DNA of 64,000 nucleotides. Origin: Verrucomicrobiia bacterium. Its GTDB lineage: Bacteria; Verrucomicrobiota; Verrucomicrobiia; Palsa-1439. The translations under genes were made by a program, and so were the position numbers. Where the stretch lies: NCBI GenBank assembly GCA_052146795.1, contig JBKQMH010000175.1, positions 885 to 64,884 on the forward strand, read 5' to 3'. This document shows, one piece after another, positions 1 through 9,461 of the stretch. How positions within the stretch are numbered: position 1 is the first letter of the stretch; every line of letters starts with the position of its first letter. The notes beneath the pieces are model-generated. The model was not told the DNA's origin, did no database searches, and worked only from the letters and a program-made list of their open reading frames with translations.

Positions 1-234
1 GGCACTTGATGAGCGAATACGCTGGCTGGGCGCAACACACCCTGCGCTTCATGGCCAGCAACCTCGTGGCCCATGCGCAACGCGTGGCATTTGACCAATT
101 CCCCCAACACAATCCGGGCAGGGTTGTACGGGCGATCTCCGAGCGTTGCCTGTTGGCAATGGGCGAGTCGCTGACGGTAATGGAGCCGGTACGTCACACG
201 ACCCGTCATGCGCGGGGCATTGGGGTTTGAGACC

Positions 235-660
235 ATGAACCCGCAACGGGAACAATTTCTGAACCTGAAAGCGACTCCGGCGCGGCTGACTGCCGAGGAG
301 GCCGCTTGGTATCTTGGATTTGGTGCCCATGAGATGCCGATTCTGGTCGCCAAAGGATTGCTCAACCCGCTCGGTCACCCACCCGCCAATGGGCTCAAAT
401 ACTTCTCCACTGCGGCACTGACGGAGCTACATCAGGACGTGAACTGGTTGACCCGCGCGTCCGATGCCATTGTCGAGCACTGGCGATACAAGAACGCCCG
501 GAAAACAAATGCCGACGCTGCCTTACCGGTCATGACTTCGACAACGACAGAATCTGTTGACACGTGTGGACATCGTCAACGCCTGTCAACGCGGCGTGAT
601 TCGCTGGCCACTCGCAGCAACTCCGCCACCGCCGGGCGTAACTCGCCCACTGCCCGCTAA
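235..660 (+). CDS. Putative HTH DNA-binding protein (excisionase/AlpA-like helix-turn-helix); C-terminal part low-complexity, true stop uncertain
   Basis: ORF 208..660, internal ATG at 235. Motif LTAEEAAWYLGF..HEMPILVAKGLL resembles HTH_17/excisionase-family DNA-binding helix. Lies in mobile-element module. Confidence 0.3.
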   Translation: MNPQREQFLNLKATPARLTAEEAAWYLGFGAHEMPILVAKGLLNPLGHPPANGLKYFSTAALTELHQDVNWLTRASDAIVEHWRYKNARKTNADAALPVMTSTTTESVDTCGHRQRLSTRRDSLATRSNSATAGRNSPTAR

Positions 661-1088
661 TGCATGGAGCACGATCTGCCGTAGTCTCGTTGCCGATGCA
701 TTCGGAAGCCACACCCAGCCCGAACCAGGGGAAACGGGCAAGAACCGGCGGCGGCCCGGCGTTTCACAGCCGGCTCGATCCCCACGTTGAATTCATCCGC
801 CAGCAACGACGGCAACGCAAGACCTGGAGGCAAATCGCCGAGCAGCTTCGCAGCGAGAAAACCTGCCCCATTACGTTCCAGGGTGTCCACGGGTTCTATC
901 GCCGATACTTGAGACGTTGCGCCCGGCCCCATTGGGAAAGAGACACGCCTGCTCCAAAGACGCAGGTTTCTCCGCGACCGGGAACCACAACGCAACGGAA
1001 ACCCCTGCTCGCAGCCACTCCGGTGGCGCGTCCGTTTCGGAAACCGAACCCCGACAACATCAATCTCAACGATCCCTCGACTCTATGA
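660..1088 (+). CDS. HTH-domain protein (resolvase/transposase-type HTH), mobile-element associated
   Basis: ORF 660..1088. Segment EFIRQQRRQRKTWRQIAEQLRSEKTCPITFQGVHGFYRRYLRR looks like a small HTH. TAATG overlap with upstream ORF and ATGA overlap with downstream gene suggest an operon. Confidence 0.3.
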   Translation: MHGARSAVVSLPMHSEATPSPNQGKRARTGGGPAFHSRLDPHVEFIRQQRRQRKTWRQIAEQLRSEKTCPITFQGVHGFYRRYLRRCARPHWERDTPAPKTQVSPRPGTTTQRKPLLAATPVARPFRKPNPDNINLNDPSTL

Positions 1089-1903
1089 ACATCACACAAC
1101 GCATTCACTTGAATCCTCAATCCAAAGGCAACCTTGGCAAGAGCTTTGAGGCCGAATTCCGTACCGCCTGGCTTGATCGCCTCGGCATCGCGTGGAACGG
1201 CTCCGATCTCGATGATCGTCATCATACCTTTGCCAGCCGCCACCCCGAGGCTGTCCGGTCGTATCCACTGGGCAACCAGCAAGAGAGCAAGACGGAGTTG
1301 CTCAGCTTGTTCCGCCGCGTGCTCAAGGACACCGCCCCCGTCCACATTATCGACACCCGCGCGCAAGCCGATGCCCTCATCCTCAGCGCACTGGAGGAAC
1401 TGCAGGTCCTGGAAGTTTGTGCCGAACAAGGCGTACGGCTGACGTTCTTTCTGTTTCCAACCGACGATACCGAGAGCATGACCAACGTCGGGCAGTTGTT
1501 CCTCCGGGCTGGTGACCGCGCGGATTACATCGTCGTACACAACCCGGCGAAAGCGCGGGGTGATTTGTTCCGTGGGTCGCAATTGGAAAAGGAGATGATC
1601 GCCTTCGGCACGCATTCCATCAGATTGCCGACCCTCACGCCCACCACGCTGCTGGCGGCGGAAAAGTCGGAGGCCATCGCCAAGCGCGGCCTGAGCTTTG
1701 CCGAACTATCGCGCGTGGACGCCGGTCATCTGGAACGGTTGCTGGCCGGCGAGATGCAGTGGGCCATGATGAGGATGTTCCAGCAATACGACGCGATTGC
1801 CAATCTGTTATTGCCCACGGCGTTGATTCCCAAACACAAATCAGTGCCAACGGTGGCGTTGCCTGTGGCGGGACCGACTCCGGAACTCAACTTTGGAGAC
1901 TAA
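1085..1903 (+). CDS. ParA/MinD-like ATPase, degenerate (mobile-element partition/transfer accessory protein)
   Basis: Internal start MNITQRIHL at 1085, with ATGA overlap to the previous stop. Possible deviant Walker A SKGNLGKS near the N-terminus. Otherwise no recognisable family. Confidence 0.3.
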   Translation: MNITQRIHLNPQSKGNLGKSFEAEFRTAWLDRLGIAWNGSDLDDRHHTFASRHPEAVRSYPLGNQQESKTELLSLFRRVLKDTAPVHIIDTRAQADALILSALEELQVLEVCAEQGVRLTFFLFPTDDTESMTNVGQLFLRAGDRADYIVVHNPAKARGDLFRGSQLEKEMIAFGTHSIRLPTLTPTTLLAAEKSEAIAKRGLSFAELSRVDAGHLERLLAGEMQWAMMRMFQQYDAIANLLLPTALIPKHKSVPTVALPVAGPTPELNFGD

Positions 1904-1905
1904 TC

Positions 1906-2478
1906 ATGGACGAGACGAATTTCGACGCGCTCTGTGAAGGAGCTTCCCCCGAGGAAGCCAAACGACTGCGAAAGATCCTCTCCGAATGGTGCCACGGAGA
2001 CGAGGATTCGTTTCCCGTTCAACTCGCCTTGCTGACCTGCGCGCAGTGGCGCGCGGCAGCGCGAATGCCGCAGCAATTGGCAGCGGCCCGTCAGCAACTG
2101 GATCAAGTTTTCGCCGAACATCAACGCCAAACGACCGCAGCCTTTGACGACTTCATCGACGACATGGCCATCCGTGCTGGGACGCTGGAACAGATCGTTG
2201 CCAGGCACACGGAGACCACGAAGAAGATCGTGGCCGAAATGCGCGTCGAATTGACCCATACAGAAGCGGCCGCCAAGCGCATCCAGAATCACTTGGAAGT
2301 CGGAGTTGCCGAGTGGCAGAAAGCGCGGACTGACTTCATGACTGAACGCGACCGACTGATGGAAAGAGTTATCGAGATCAGGAACGGGTACACGCAACAG
2401 GAATGGTTCTGCGTTATCCTGATACTGGCGGCGGTATTTACATTCGGGATTGTGCTCGGTATGCGCACCGCCCATTGA
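1906..2478 (+). CDS. Hypothetical protein with C-terminal transmembrane helix
   Basis: Start MDETNFDAL at 1906, immediately after the previous gene. Helical, charged protein ending in hydrophobic segment WFCVILILAAVFTFGIVLGM. Confidence 0.4.
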   Translation: MDETNFDALCEGASPEEAKRLRKILSEWCHGDEDSFPVQLALLTCAQWRAAARMPQQLAAARQQLDQVFAEHQRQTTAAFDDFIDDMAIRAGTLEQIVARHTETTKKIVAEMRVELTHTEAAAKRIQNHLEVGVAEWQKARTDFMTERDRLMERVIEIRNGYTQQEWFCVILILAAVFTFGIVLGMRTAH

Positions 2479-2479
2479 C

Positions 2480-2972
2480 CGTCCCGGTCGCCGCGCTGGC
2501 CCGTGCCGGTGGCCGGCTCCACTCATCTCGTTACGCCGCCCCTGGCACGCGCCGCGACGTTGCTGGTTCACCAGCGGTCCGTGCCGTCTTCCGTCGCGTC
2601 CAGCGGGAACGACTATGCGTCCGTTCCGCCTGCCGCTCCGTCCACCGGCACCGACCGCTCTTTTACACGCCGGTTGGCGCTCACACCCGCTTGATCATCG
2701 GCGAAGTCGCGCTACCCGCTCTGAACGGAATGGGCGGCGTGCTTTTGCGCCTCAATTATATGGCTCCGCTCGCGCCGTCAAGGTAAGAGCGTCCCTGTTG
2801 CCCTTACGCTTCCACCTGTGACCGCGCTCGTTTCGCCACCGGTTGGCGCTTAACAGTTCACGCTCGCCCTCTCATCGCCTGCTTTGGACTGCACACTATT
2901 TGCGCGTACCACGGTCGTTGCCGCCCGCTACTCGCTAACGCAGTCTGCCCCGGCCACCGTAATCTCCCTGGC
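2480..2972. promoter_or_regulatory. Non-coding region upstream of relaxase; candidate oriT/promoter with repeated CCGGTTGGCGCT motif
   Basis: About 490 bp without a convincing ORF. CCGGTTGGCGCT occurs twice (about 2676 and 2838). MobF-family oriT sites are usually adjacent to the relaxase gene. Confidence 0.25.
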
Positions 2973-5711
2973 ATGCTTACGGCCAAAGCACAATACAGTT
3001 TGCAGGACGCCGAGCGGTATTTCCAAGAGCACCTCTCCGTTGGCGATTACTACTCGGAGAACCAAGCCGTCGCGGGCCACTGGATCGGCAAAGGTGCGCA
3101 GGCGCTCGAATTGTCTGGAGACACCTACAAAGACGAGTTCGTGCGCCTGTGCGAGAATCTCCATCCGCAGACCGGCCAGCGACTCACGTTGCGGCATAAA
3201 ACCACCCGTCGCGAGGTTGGAGCGGATGGCGCCGAACGTCAAAGCGCTAATCGCCGCGTGTTCTACGACTTCACATTCTCTCCGCCCAAGTCCGTGTCCA
3301 TCGCCGCTCTGGTGGGCCAGGATCGCCGTATTGTCCAGGCGCACGAGCAGGCGGTGGCGACCGCGCTTTGTGAATTGGAATCGTTCGCTGCAACGCGCGT
3401 GCGTAAGGACGGGCAGTGCACCGCCCGCACCACGGGAAACATCGTGGCCGCCGTGTTTCGGCACGAGACCTCGCGTGCCCTGGACCCGCATTTGCACAGT
3501 CACTGCATCCTGTTCAATGCCACTCATGACCCGGTTGAGAACCGGTGGAAAGCCCTGGAGAATTACGAGATGTTGGTGGCCATCAAGTTCATCGAGGGTC
3601 TTTACTACCACGAGTTGGCCCGCGCGCTGCGCCGGTTTGGCTACGAGATCGACAACAAGCCCCGGGGGGATTTTGAAATCAAGGGGCTTGCCCCCTCATT
3701 GATCGAGAAGTTTTCCAAACGGCACCAGGAAATCGACCAGAAGACGCGTGAACTGTTGGAACGGGAACCGCAGAAGGCCAACGGCAATATCGCGGCGATC
3801 CGCGAGCACATCGCCCACAAAGAGCGCGCCCGCAAGATTCGGAACATCAGTCTGCCGGAACTCCAAGCTTCTTGGGACGCGCAATTGACCCAAGAGGAGA
3901 AAACATCCCTGCGTTATCTGACTACCGGGCAAACCGCACCGACCATATCCAGCGAGATTCTTGCCAAGCGGGCTGTCTCCTGGGCTGAGGAACACTTGTT
4001 GGAACGCCGGTCAGTGGTGCGTGAGCACGAACTGTGGCGGCACGCGCTGGAGCACGTGCGCGGTCAGAGCATCGGACTGTCCGATGTTCAGGCCGTGACC
4101 AGTCAACGCGGCTATGTGCGCGATGAAAAGCATCCCGGGAAGGTCACAACGAAGGAACTGCTGCGCAGGGAATGGGAGATTGTGTGTATGGCCAAAGACG
4201 GCATTGGCCGGTTCGGCCCGTACTGCTCCGGCCTGTCGATCCAGAATTTCAAACTGGACGCCGAGCAGCGTCAAGCCGTCGAGCGTATCCTGCGGTCGCG
4301 CGATTTTGTCACATTGTTTCGCGGCGGGGCCGGCACGGGCAAGAGTTACACGTTGCGGGAAGTGTATGGCGCTCTTCAACAAGCCGGGCACACGGTCACG
4401 GTCATCGCCCCGCAACGGCAACAGGTCATGGACCTGGAAAAGGACGGCTTTCGTGGCGCACAGACTGTCAGCGGCTTTTTGACGCGTGGAATCCTCTCCC
4501 AAGGCGGCGTGATATTGGTCGATGAAGCCGGACAGATTGGTGGTCGGCAAATGCACCAGCTCTTGAGCTTGGCGCAAGCCAACCAGGGCCGGGTGATCCT
4601 CTCCGGTGACACCCGCCAGCACGGCGCGGTGGAAGCGTCGGACGCGTTGCGTGCCATCGAGAAGTATTCAACATTGCGGGCCATCGAACTCACCGAGATT
4701 CGGCGTCAAGACCCGGCCCGGGCGAAGACCCGCGCCGAACGTGAGCAGATTGCGCAGTACAAGGAAGCCGTCAAAGAAGCGTCGGCAGGCAACCTCGACG
4801 CATCATTCAATCGGTTGGACCGTCAGGGAGCCATCGTGGTGTGTTCGCCGTCCGACCAGGAACAGCGCCTTGCTCAAAGCTACCTTGCGTTGGCCGAACG
4901 GCGTTCGTCCGTGGTCGTGGTTTCACAGACCTGGTCGGAGATCCACCGGGTCAATGAGCAAGTGCGCGCCGCGCTGAAATCGCGCGGCCTTCTCGGTGCC
5001 GAAGACCGGGCGATGACCACGCTGGAGACGGTCGATTTGACCCACGCCCAAAAACGGGATCGGCGGTTCTACAACGAGGATACTGTGATCGTGTTGAACC
5101 GTAGCGCAGCCGGATTCGACAGGGGTCAGGTTTGTCAACTCGTGGACATCACCGACAAGGGCTTTCTTCTGAAGAATGCGGACAAGACTCGCACCGTCCC
5201 ATTCCGGTTTGTGGAGCGGCTCACGGTGTGCCAGCCCAAGGAACTCATGTTGGCGGCCGGCGACCGTCTGCAACTGAAGGCCAACGCGAAGACACGAGCC
5301 GGCCAGCGCCTTGCCAATGGCGAACTGGTCACGGTGAAGGAAGTCGGCGCCGACGGACGAATCAGACTGACGGACCGGCGGGTTCTGCAGAAAGATTACC
5401 GGCAATTCGTACGCGGCTTTGCCATCACGTCCTATGCCTCGCAGGGCAAGACGGTCGATCACGTCTTGTTCTCCGATTCGGCCATCAAGGCCGCCACGAA
5501 CCAGCAACAGTGGTATGTGACCATTTCCCGGGGGCGCACGGGAATTCAGATTTTCACCGGCGACAAGGTGCAACTGCGGGAGAACATCCTGCGTTCCGGG
5601 AACCGCGAATTGGCGATTGATTTGGCAGAGCAACGCCATCTCCACAGGCTCTACTACGACGTGCTGCATGGGCCGGGCGTGGAACAACAAACCAGAGGGG
5701 TCAAGGTATGA
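2973..5711 (+). CDS. Conjugative relaxase/helicase, MobF family (TrwC/TraI/TraA-like): N-terminal relaxase domain with C-terminal RecD/UvrD-like helicase
   Basis: 912 aa. N-terminal relaxase motifs include FRHETSRALDPHLHSHCILFN (His triad) and upstream catalytic Tyr region. Central Walker A GGAGTGKS with helicase motifs downstream. Size and architecture match TrwC-type relaxases. Confidence 0.85.
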   Translation: MLTAKAQYSLQDAERYFQEHLSVGDYYSENQAVAGHWIGKGAQALELSGDTYKDEFVRLCENLHPQTGQRLTLRHKTTRREVGADGAERQSANRRVFYDFTFSPPKSVSIAALVGQDRRIVQAHEQAVATALCELESFAATRVRKDGQCTARTTGNIVAAVFRHETSRALDPHLHSHCILFNATHDPVENRWKALENYEMLVAIKFIEGLYYHELARALRRFGYEIDNKPRGDFEIKGLAPSLIEKFSKRHQEIDQKTRELLEREPQKANGNIAAIREHIAHKERARKIRNISLPELQASWDAQLTQEEKTSLRYLTTGQTAPTISSEILAKRAVSWAEEHLLERRSVVREHELWRHALEHVRGQSIGLSDVQAVTSQRGYVRDEKHPGKVTTKELLRREWEIVCMAKDGIGRFGPYCSGLSIQNFKLDAEQRQAVERILRSRDFVTLFRGGAGTGKSYTLREVYGALQQAGHTVTVIAPQRQQVMDLEKDGFRGAQTVSGFLTRGILSQGGVILVDEAGQIGGRQMHQLLSLAQANQGRVILSGDTRQHGAVEASDALRAIEKYSTLRAIELTEIRRQDPARAKTRAEREQIAQYKEAVKEASAGNLDASFNRLDRQGAIVVCSPSDQEQRLAQSYLALAERRSSVVVVSQTWSEIHRVNEQVRAALKSRGLLGAEDRAMTTLETVDLTHAQKRDRRFYNEDTVIVLNRSAAGFDRGQVCQLVDITDKGFLLKNADKTRTVPFRFVERLTVCQPKELMLAAGDRLQLKANAKTRAGQRLANGELVTVKEVGADGRIRLTDRRVLQKDYRQFVRGFAITSYASQGKTVDHVLFSDSAIKAATNQQQWYVTISRGRTGIQIFTGDKVQLRENILRSGNRELAIDLAEQRHLHRLYYDVLHGPGVEQQTRGVKV

Positions 5712-6127
5712 TTACGAAACGCGGCCACGACCAGAATCGTCCGAGTCGTCCTTGCTGGAATAAAGACTATCAGGCGCAGGCTCTGCGAGTGGAGTTGGCT
5801 GACGGAAATCTCTATGTGTTTCCTTACCGTCGTCTCGCCTTTGCACGATTCGAGTCCGGAAACGATTACGACACGCTTCTCGTCGTCCTGGACACACACC
5901 AGATTCGCATAACCGGGAAACATCTACGTGAAGTGGCGTTGGCTCTTCAGAAGTCTGCCGTGGATTGGGTGAGGGAATTGCCCGGCCGCTATGGCTCACA
6001 GGCGGAGGATGATCACGCTTGGATCGCGAGCATCAGCGTGCAGGAGGCACAAGGTGAACATGACGGTGCCACGGTGGCGCACAGTTTCAAACAATTCCAA
6101 GCCCACGAAGTGCGGCGGCGTCCGTGA
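5708..6127 (+). CDS. Hypothetical protein, translationally coupled to relaxase
   Basis: ATGA overlap with relaxase stop. 139 aa, no recognisable motif. Confidence 0.4.
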   Translation: MITKRGHDQNRPSRPCWNKDYQAQALRVELADGNLYVFPYRRLAFARFESGNDYDTLLVVLDTHQIRITGKHLREVALALQKSAVDWVRELPGRYGSQAEDDHAWIASISVQEAQGEHDGATVAHSFKQFQAHEVRRRP

Positions 6128-6131
6128 TGGC

Positions 6132-6416
6132 ATGAATGGTCCTGCAACAATCGTTGACAAGGGTACAGGAGCACCGCTGGCGCGCCTCTATCTTCGGCCC
6201 GATGAGGCTGCGCGGGCGATTGGCGTTTCGCGGCGCACGCTGGCGTCTTGGCAGGCCACCCGCGTCATCGGTTTCCGCCGCGTCGGCCGCACAATCCTTT
6301 TTTCTGTAGCGGACATCCAGGCGGCGCTCGACCGCTACCGCATCGCGCCCATCAGCGAGGCACCAAAGCGTAAACATCGGATGCAGCGCATCACGCCGGA
6401 GCCAGTCACGAAGTAG
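6132..6416 (+). CDS. Excisionase-family HTH DNA-binding protein (Xis/AlpA-like)
   Basis: Internal start MNGPATIVD at 6132. LRPDEAARAIGVSRRTLASWQATRVIGFRRVGRTILFSVADIQAAL matches the excisionase/MerR-type HTH_17 pattern (LT..EAA..LGVSR.T....G.LP....GR...). Confidence 0.6.
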   Translation: MNGPATIVDKGTGAPLARLYLRPDEAARAIGVSRRTLASWQATRVIGFRRVGRTILFSVADIQAALDRYRIAPISEAPKRKHRMQRITPEPVTK

Positions 6417-6548
6417 CTAACTCCACCGTCGGCCTCGCGTTGACAGCAACACCGGCCAGTTGCAGCACGTCCACCAGGGCCGCTACACCGCATCGTATTG
6501 CTTCCCAGTAGCCCGCCAGTGCCATGATCACCGTCGAAGAAGTGCATC

Positions 6549-6675
6549 ATGCGTGACTGGAAATCACGCACAAATCGAGTCTGACCGAAAAAGCTGCTGC
6601 TGGCGTGCGTGACTTTGCGTGACTTTTCCTCTCAATTACGCGCATCTGCTTGCATCTTGTTGCATAGTTGCAAAT
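6549..6675. repeat. Cluster of short direct/inverted repeats (GCGTGAC x4 including palindrome GCGTGACTGGAAATCACGC; TTGCA(T/A) x3); candidate att/oriT/operator at mobile-element boundary
   Basis: Read directly: gcgtgactggaaatcacgc (6551-6569), gcgtgcgtgactttgcgtgactttt (6604-6628), ttgcatcttgttgcatagttgcaaatg (6649-6675). Region 6417-6900 is ORF-poor and lower GC. Confidence 0.4.
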
Positions 6676-6899
6676 GTCTATCGAGACCAATAAACACAAG
6701 GGCTACATCGTTATCGCCAATGAAATCAGGAGGTAGCGCAAAGTGATGAAAAACAGCTTGGAAGGCTGGCGCATTACCACTATGCTACGCCCGCGCTCGC
6801 GCCCGTCGGCGTTCCGACAAATGCGCCGTCAACGTACACCAGCGGTTGCCACAGCGTCAAGCGTAAGCCCCGCGGTCCGGGGCCGTCAGTTACCGCGCG

Positions 6900-8219
6900 T
6901 TACTGCACGCGGCAGGGCGCCATGACGGCATCGGGCATCCCGTGGAGGATCTTCTTGTTGGCCGGGCAAATGGTCGCGAGGATGCCGCCCAGTTTGGCGT
7001 CGTCGCCCACCACGAAGTAGTATGGGCACAACCGCACACGCGCGCTGAACGTACGCGTCTCATGGCTCTCAAAATCGAGGTACTGCGCTTCAAACAGTTT
7101 CGATTTCTCGAATCGCTGGAGAATGAACGGGTGATCGGCGAAACCTTTCAGCGCCTGCTCAATCGCCTCCGCCCACTCGGTGGCGGGCAGATCGTGGCCG
7201 ACATACACGCCGCGACTACCCCACGCATGTTCGCTGAAGCCGGAGATTTTCAACACCAGTTCGCGCTGTTTTTGGGAGAACTTCGCCATGTCGCGCCAGT
7301 CGTGGATGCCGAGTTCGGGAATCACCGCGTGCGGCGGCAGCAGCGCAGGATCAAGAATCCATGTGTACGGTAACACTTCACGCAACGCCGCAAGCGTCTT
7401 GTCGCCGAGTTGCTCCCGCCAGAACGCGTGCAACTGTTCCATCCACAGTAAGGCGAAGAGCATCTTCTCTTCGAGCTGCGGTTTGAATGGCGGCGTCACA
7501 TGCACCTCGCCGCGCGCTGCGGCGTCCATCAATGCCCTGGCGTTGGGCACGTTGGGCAGATCGAATTGTTCGAAGAAGCGGTAGACGACCGCGGTCTTGT
7601 CGAAGCTCGTCACTTCTTCCGGGCGCACTACGCGGAAACCGACCTGCTGACCGAGCCATTCCATTTCGGGGCGATACGTCGCGGCTTCGTCGGACACGAC
7701 GACGACGGCCAATGGCTCGTCGCTTTTCGCCTCGGCGCGCAAGACGGCGTCGAATCCCTCCATCATTCCGTGCGCGCCGCCGACGATCGGATCGCCCAGC
7801 TCGGCGTAGGTTTTCCCGAGCCAGCCAGTCAGGCCGATGCCGCCCGGCACGGAATCGAGTTCGGCGACGAAGAAATGATCGTTGGTGAGAATCACGTCGG
7901 GACGAATCACGCGAGGGACATGGCTTTTGAAGCGGCCGAGGCGGGAGAACTCGATCAGCTCCTTCGGTTTGCCCGCGTCGAGATAGCTGGCGATCCACGG
8001 CGGCAACTTGCCCTCGACGCTGTGGCGGTACATCACGTTGCAGGCGCGGTAAAACGCCAGCAAATGCGGGCCGAGCGCTTCGAGGCGGGTGACGAGGTCC
8101 TGGGAGAGCGGGAAGGCTTCCGGGGAAATCCGCCAGGTCGCGCCGGCGAACAAGCCGCCCGCCGGCAGTTGATCGCGGACGTATTGCGCCCGCTGCGACG
8201 GTGTGGCCGTTGTCATCAT
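6900..8219 (-). CDS. Glutathionylspermidine synthase-family (pre-ATP-grasp, YgiC/YjfC-like) protein
   Basis: 439 aa. Segments EKMLFALLWMEQ and FVVGDDAKLGGILATI resemble conserved regions of E. coli YgiC (ALLPLLWEMFP, SWLVNDQPAGIGIRED). ATGA-type overlap with proA end. Confidence 0.5.
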   Translation of the reverse strand: MMTTATPSQRAQYVRDQLPAGGLFAGATWRISPEAFPLSQDLVTRLEALGPHLLAFYRACNVMYRHSVEGKLPPWIASYLDAGKPKELIEFSRLGRFKSHVPRVIRPDVILTNDHFFVAELDSVPGGIGLTGWLGKTYAELGDPIVGGAHGMMEGFDAVLRAEAKSDEPLAVVVVSDEAATYRPEMEWLGQQVGFRVVRPEEVTSFDKTAVVYRFFEQFDLPNVPNARALMDAAARGEVHVTPPFKPQLEEKMLFALLWMEQLHAFWREQLGDKTLAALREVLPYTWILDPALLPPHAVIPELGIHDWRDMAKFSQKQRELVLKISGFSEHAWGSRGVYVGHDLPATEWAEAIEQALKGFADHPFILQRFEKSKLFEAQYLDFESHETRTFSARVRLCPYYFVVGDDAKLGGILATICPANKKILHGMPDAVMAPCRVQ

Positions 8220-9460
8220 TCCCGCAATTGGCCGTCGCCAACGACAACGAACTTGTAGCTGGTCAATTCCTCCAGGCCCATCGGGCCGCGGGCGTGGATT
8301 TTGTCCGTAGAAATGCCGATTTCGGCGCCGAACCCGTATTGGCCGCCGTCGGCGAGGCGCGTGCTGGCGTTCCAGAACACGCTGGAGCTGTCCACTTCGC
8401 GCAGGAATTTTTCAGCGGTGGCCTTGTTGCCCGTGACGATGGCATCGCTGTGGGCGGACCCATATTTCGTGATGTGATCGATGGCTTCGTCCACGCTCTT
8501 GACGACGCGCACGGCGAGGATGAGATCGAGGTACTCCGCGTACCAATCGTCTTCGGTCGCGGCGCTCGCACTCGATACGAGCTGGCGCGTCCGCTCGTCA
8601 CCGCGCAGCTCGACTCTGTATTCGCCAAGCGCCTTGGCCACGCGCGGCAGAAACTTGTCGGCGATTGTTTCGTCAATGAGCAGCGTTTCGATGGCGTTGC
8701 AGACGCCGGGGCGCTGGCATTTGGCGTTGACGACGATCTTCTCCGCCATGTCGAAATCGGCGTCGCGGTCGACGTACACGTGACACACGCCCTTGTAGTG
8801 TTTGATGACGGGAATGCGCGATTTTTCCGCCACGGCGCGAATCAGCCCTTCCCCGCCCCGTGGGATGCAGAGATTGATCAGGTCATCGAGTTTCAGCAAC
8901 TCGTCGATGGCGGCGCGGTCCGTCGTGGGCACGACCGTGATGCTGTTGGGAGGAATCCATTTCAAGTTCATCGCTTCGGCAATGGCGAGGTTCGAGTGAA
9001 TGGCTTCCGATCCGCCGCGCAGGATCACGGCGTTGCCGGTCTTGTAACACAAACACGCCGCGTCGGCCGTCACGTTCGGACGCGATTCGTAAATGATCAG
9101 GATCACGCCGATGGGAACGCGGACTTTCTGGATGCGAATCCCGTTCGGGCGCGTCCATTCGCTGATGACCTTGCCGACGGGATCTTCGAGGGCCGCGACG
9201 TCGCGGACGCCCACGGCCATCTCCATGATCCGTCTGTCCGTGAGAATCAGACGATCCAGCATCGCGGACGACAACCCGGCCTTGCGCCCTGCTTCGATGT
9301 CTTTCGCATTGGCCTTTTTGATGGACGCGACGTTGCGTTCGATGGCGTCCTCCATTTCCAACAGGTCGTCGTTCTTCTTTTTCGTGGCGCGCCTGGCCAG
9401 CACACGCGCGGCATCCCGCGAACGCTCGGCCAGTATTCGAATCTGTTGTTTCAAATCCAT
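8216..9460 (-). CDS. proA: Gamma-glutamyl phosphate reductase
   Basis: 414 aa, full-length similarity to ProA (aldehyde dehydrogenase fold; catalytic Cys in GVCNAIETLL region). Confidence 0.93.
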   Translation of the reverse strand: MDLKQQIRILAERSRDAARVLARRATKKKNDDLLEMEDAIERNVASIKKANAKDIEAGRKAGLSSAMLDRLILTDRRIMEMAVGVRDVAALEDPVGKVISEWTRPNGIRIQKVRVPIGVILIIYESRPNVTADAACLCYKTGNAVILRGGSEAIHSNLAIAEAMNLKWIPPNSITVVPTTDRAAIDELLKLDDLINLCIPRGGEGLIRAVAEKSRIPVIKHYKGVCHVYVDRDADFDMAEKIVVNAKCQRPGVCNAIETLLIDETIADKFLPRVAKALGEYRVELRGDERTRQLVSSASAATEDDWYAEYLDLILAVRVVKSVDEAIDHITKYGSAHSDAIVTGNKATAEKFLREVDSSSVFWNASTRLADGGQYGFGAEIGISTDKIHARGPMGLEELTSYKFVVVGDGQLRE

Positions 9461-9461
9461 T

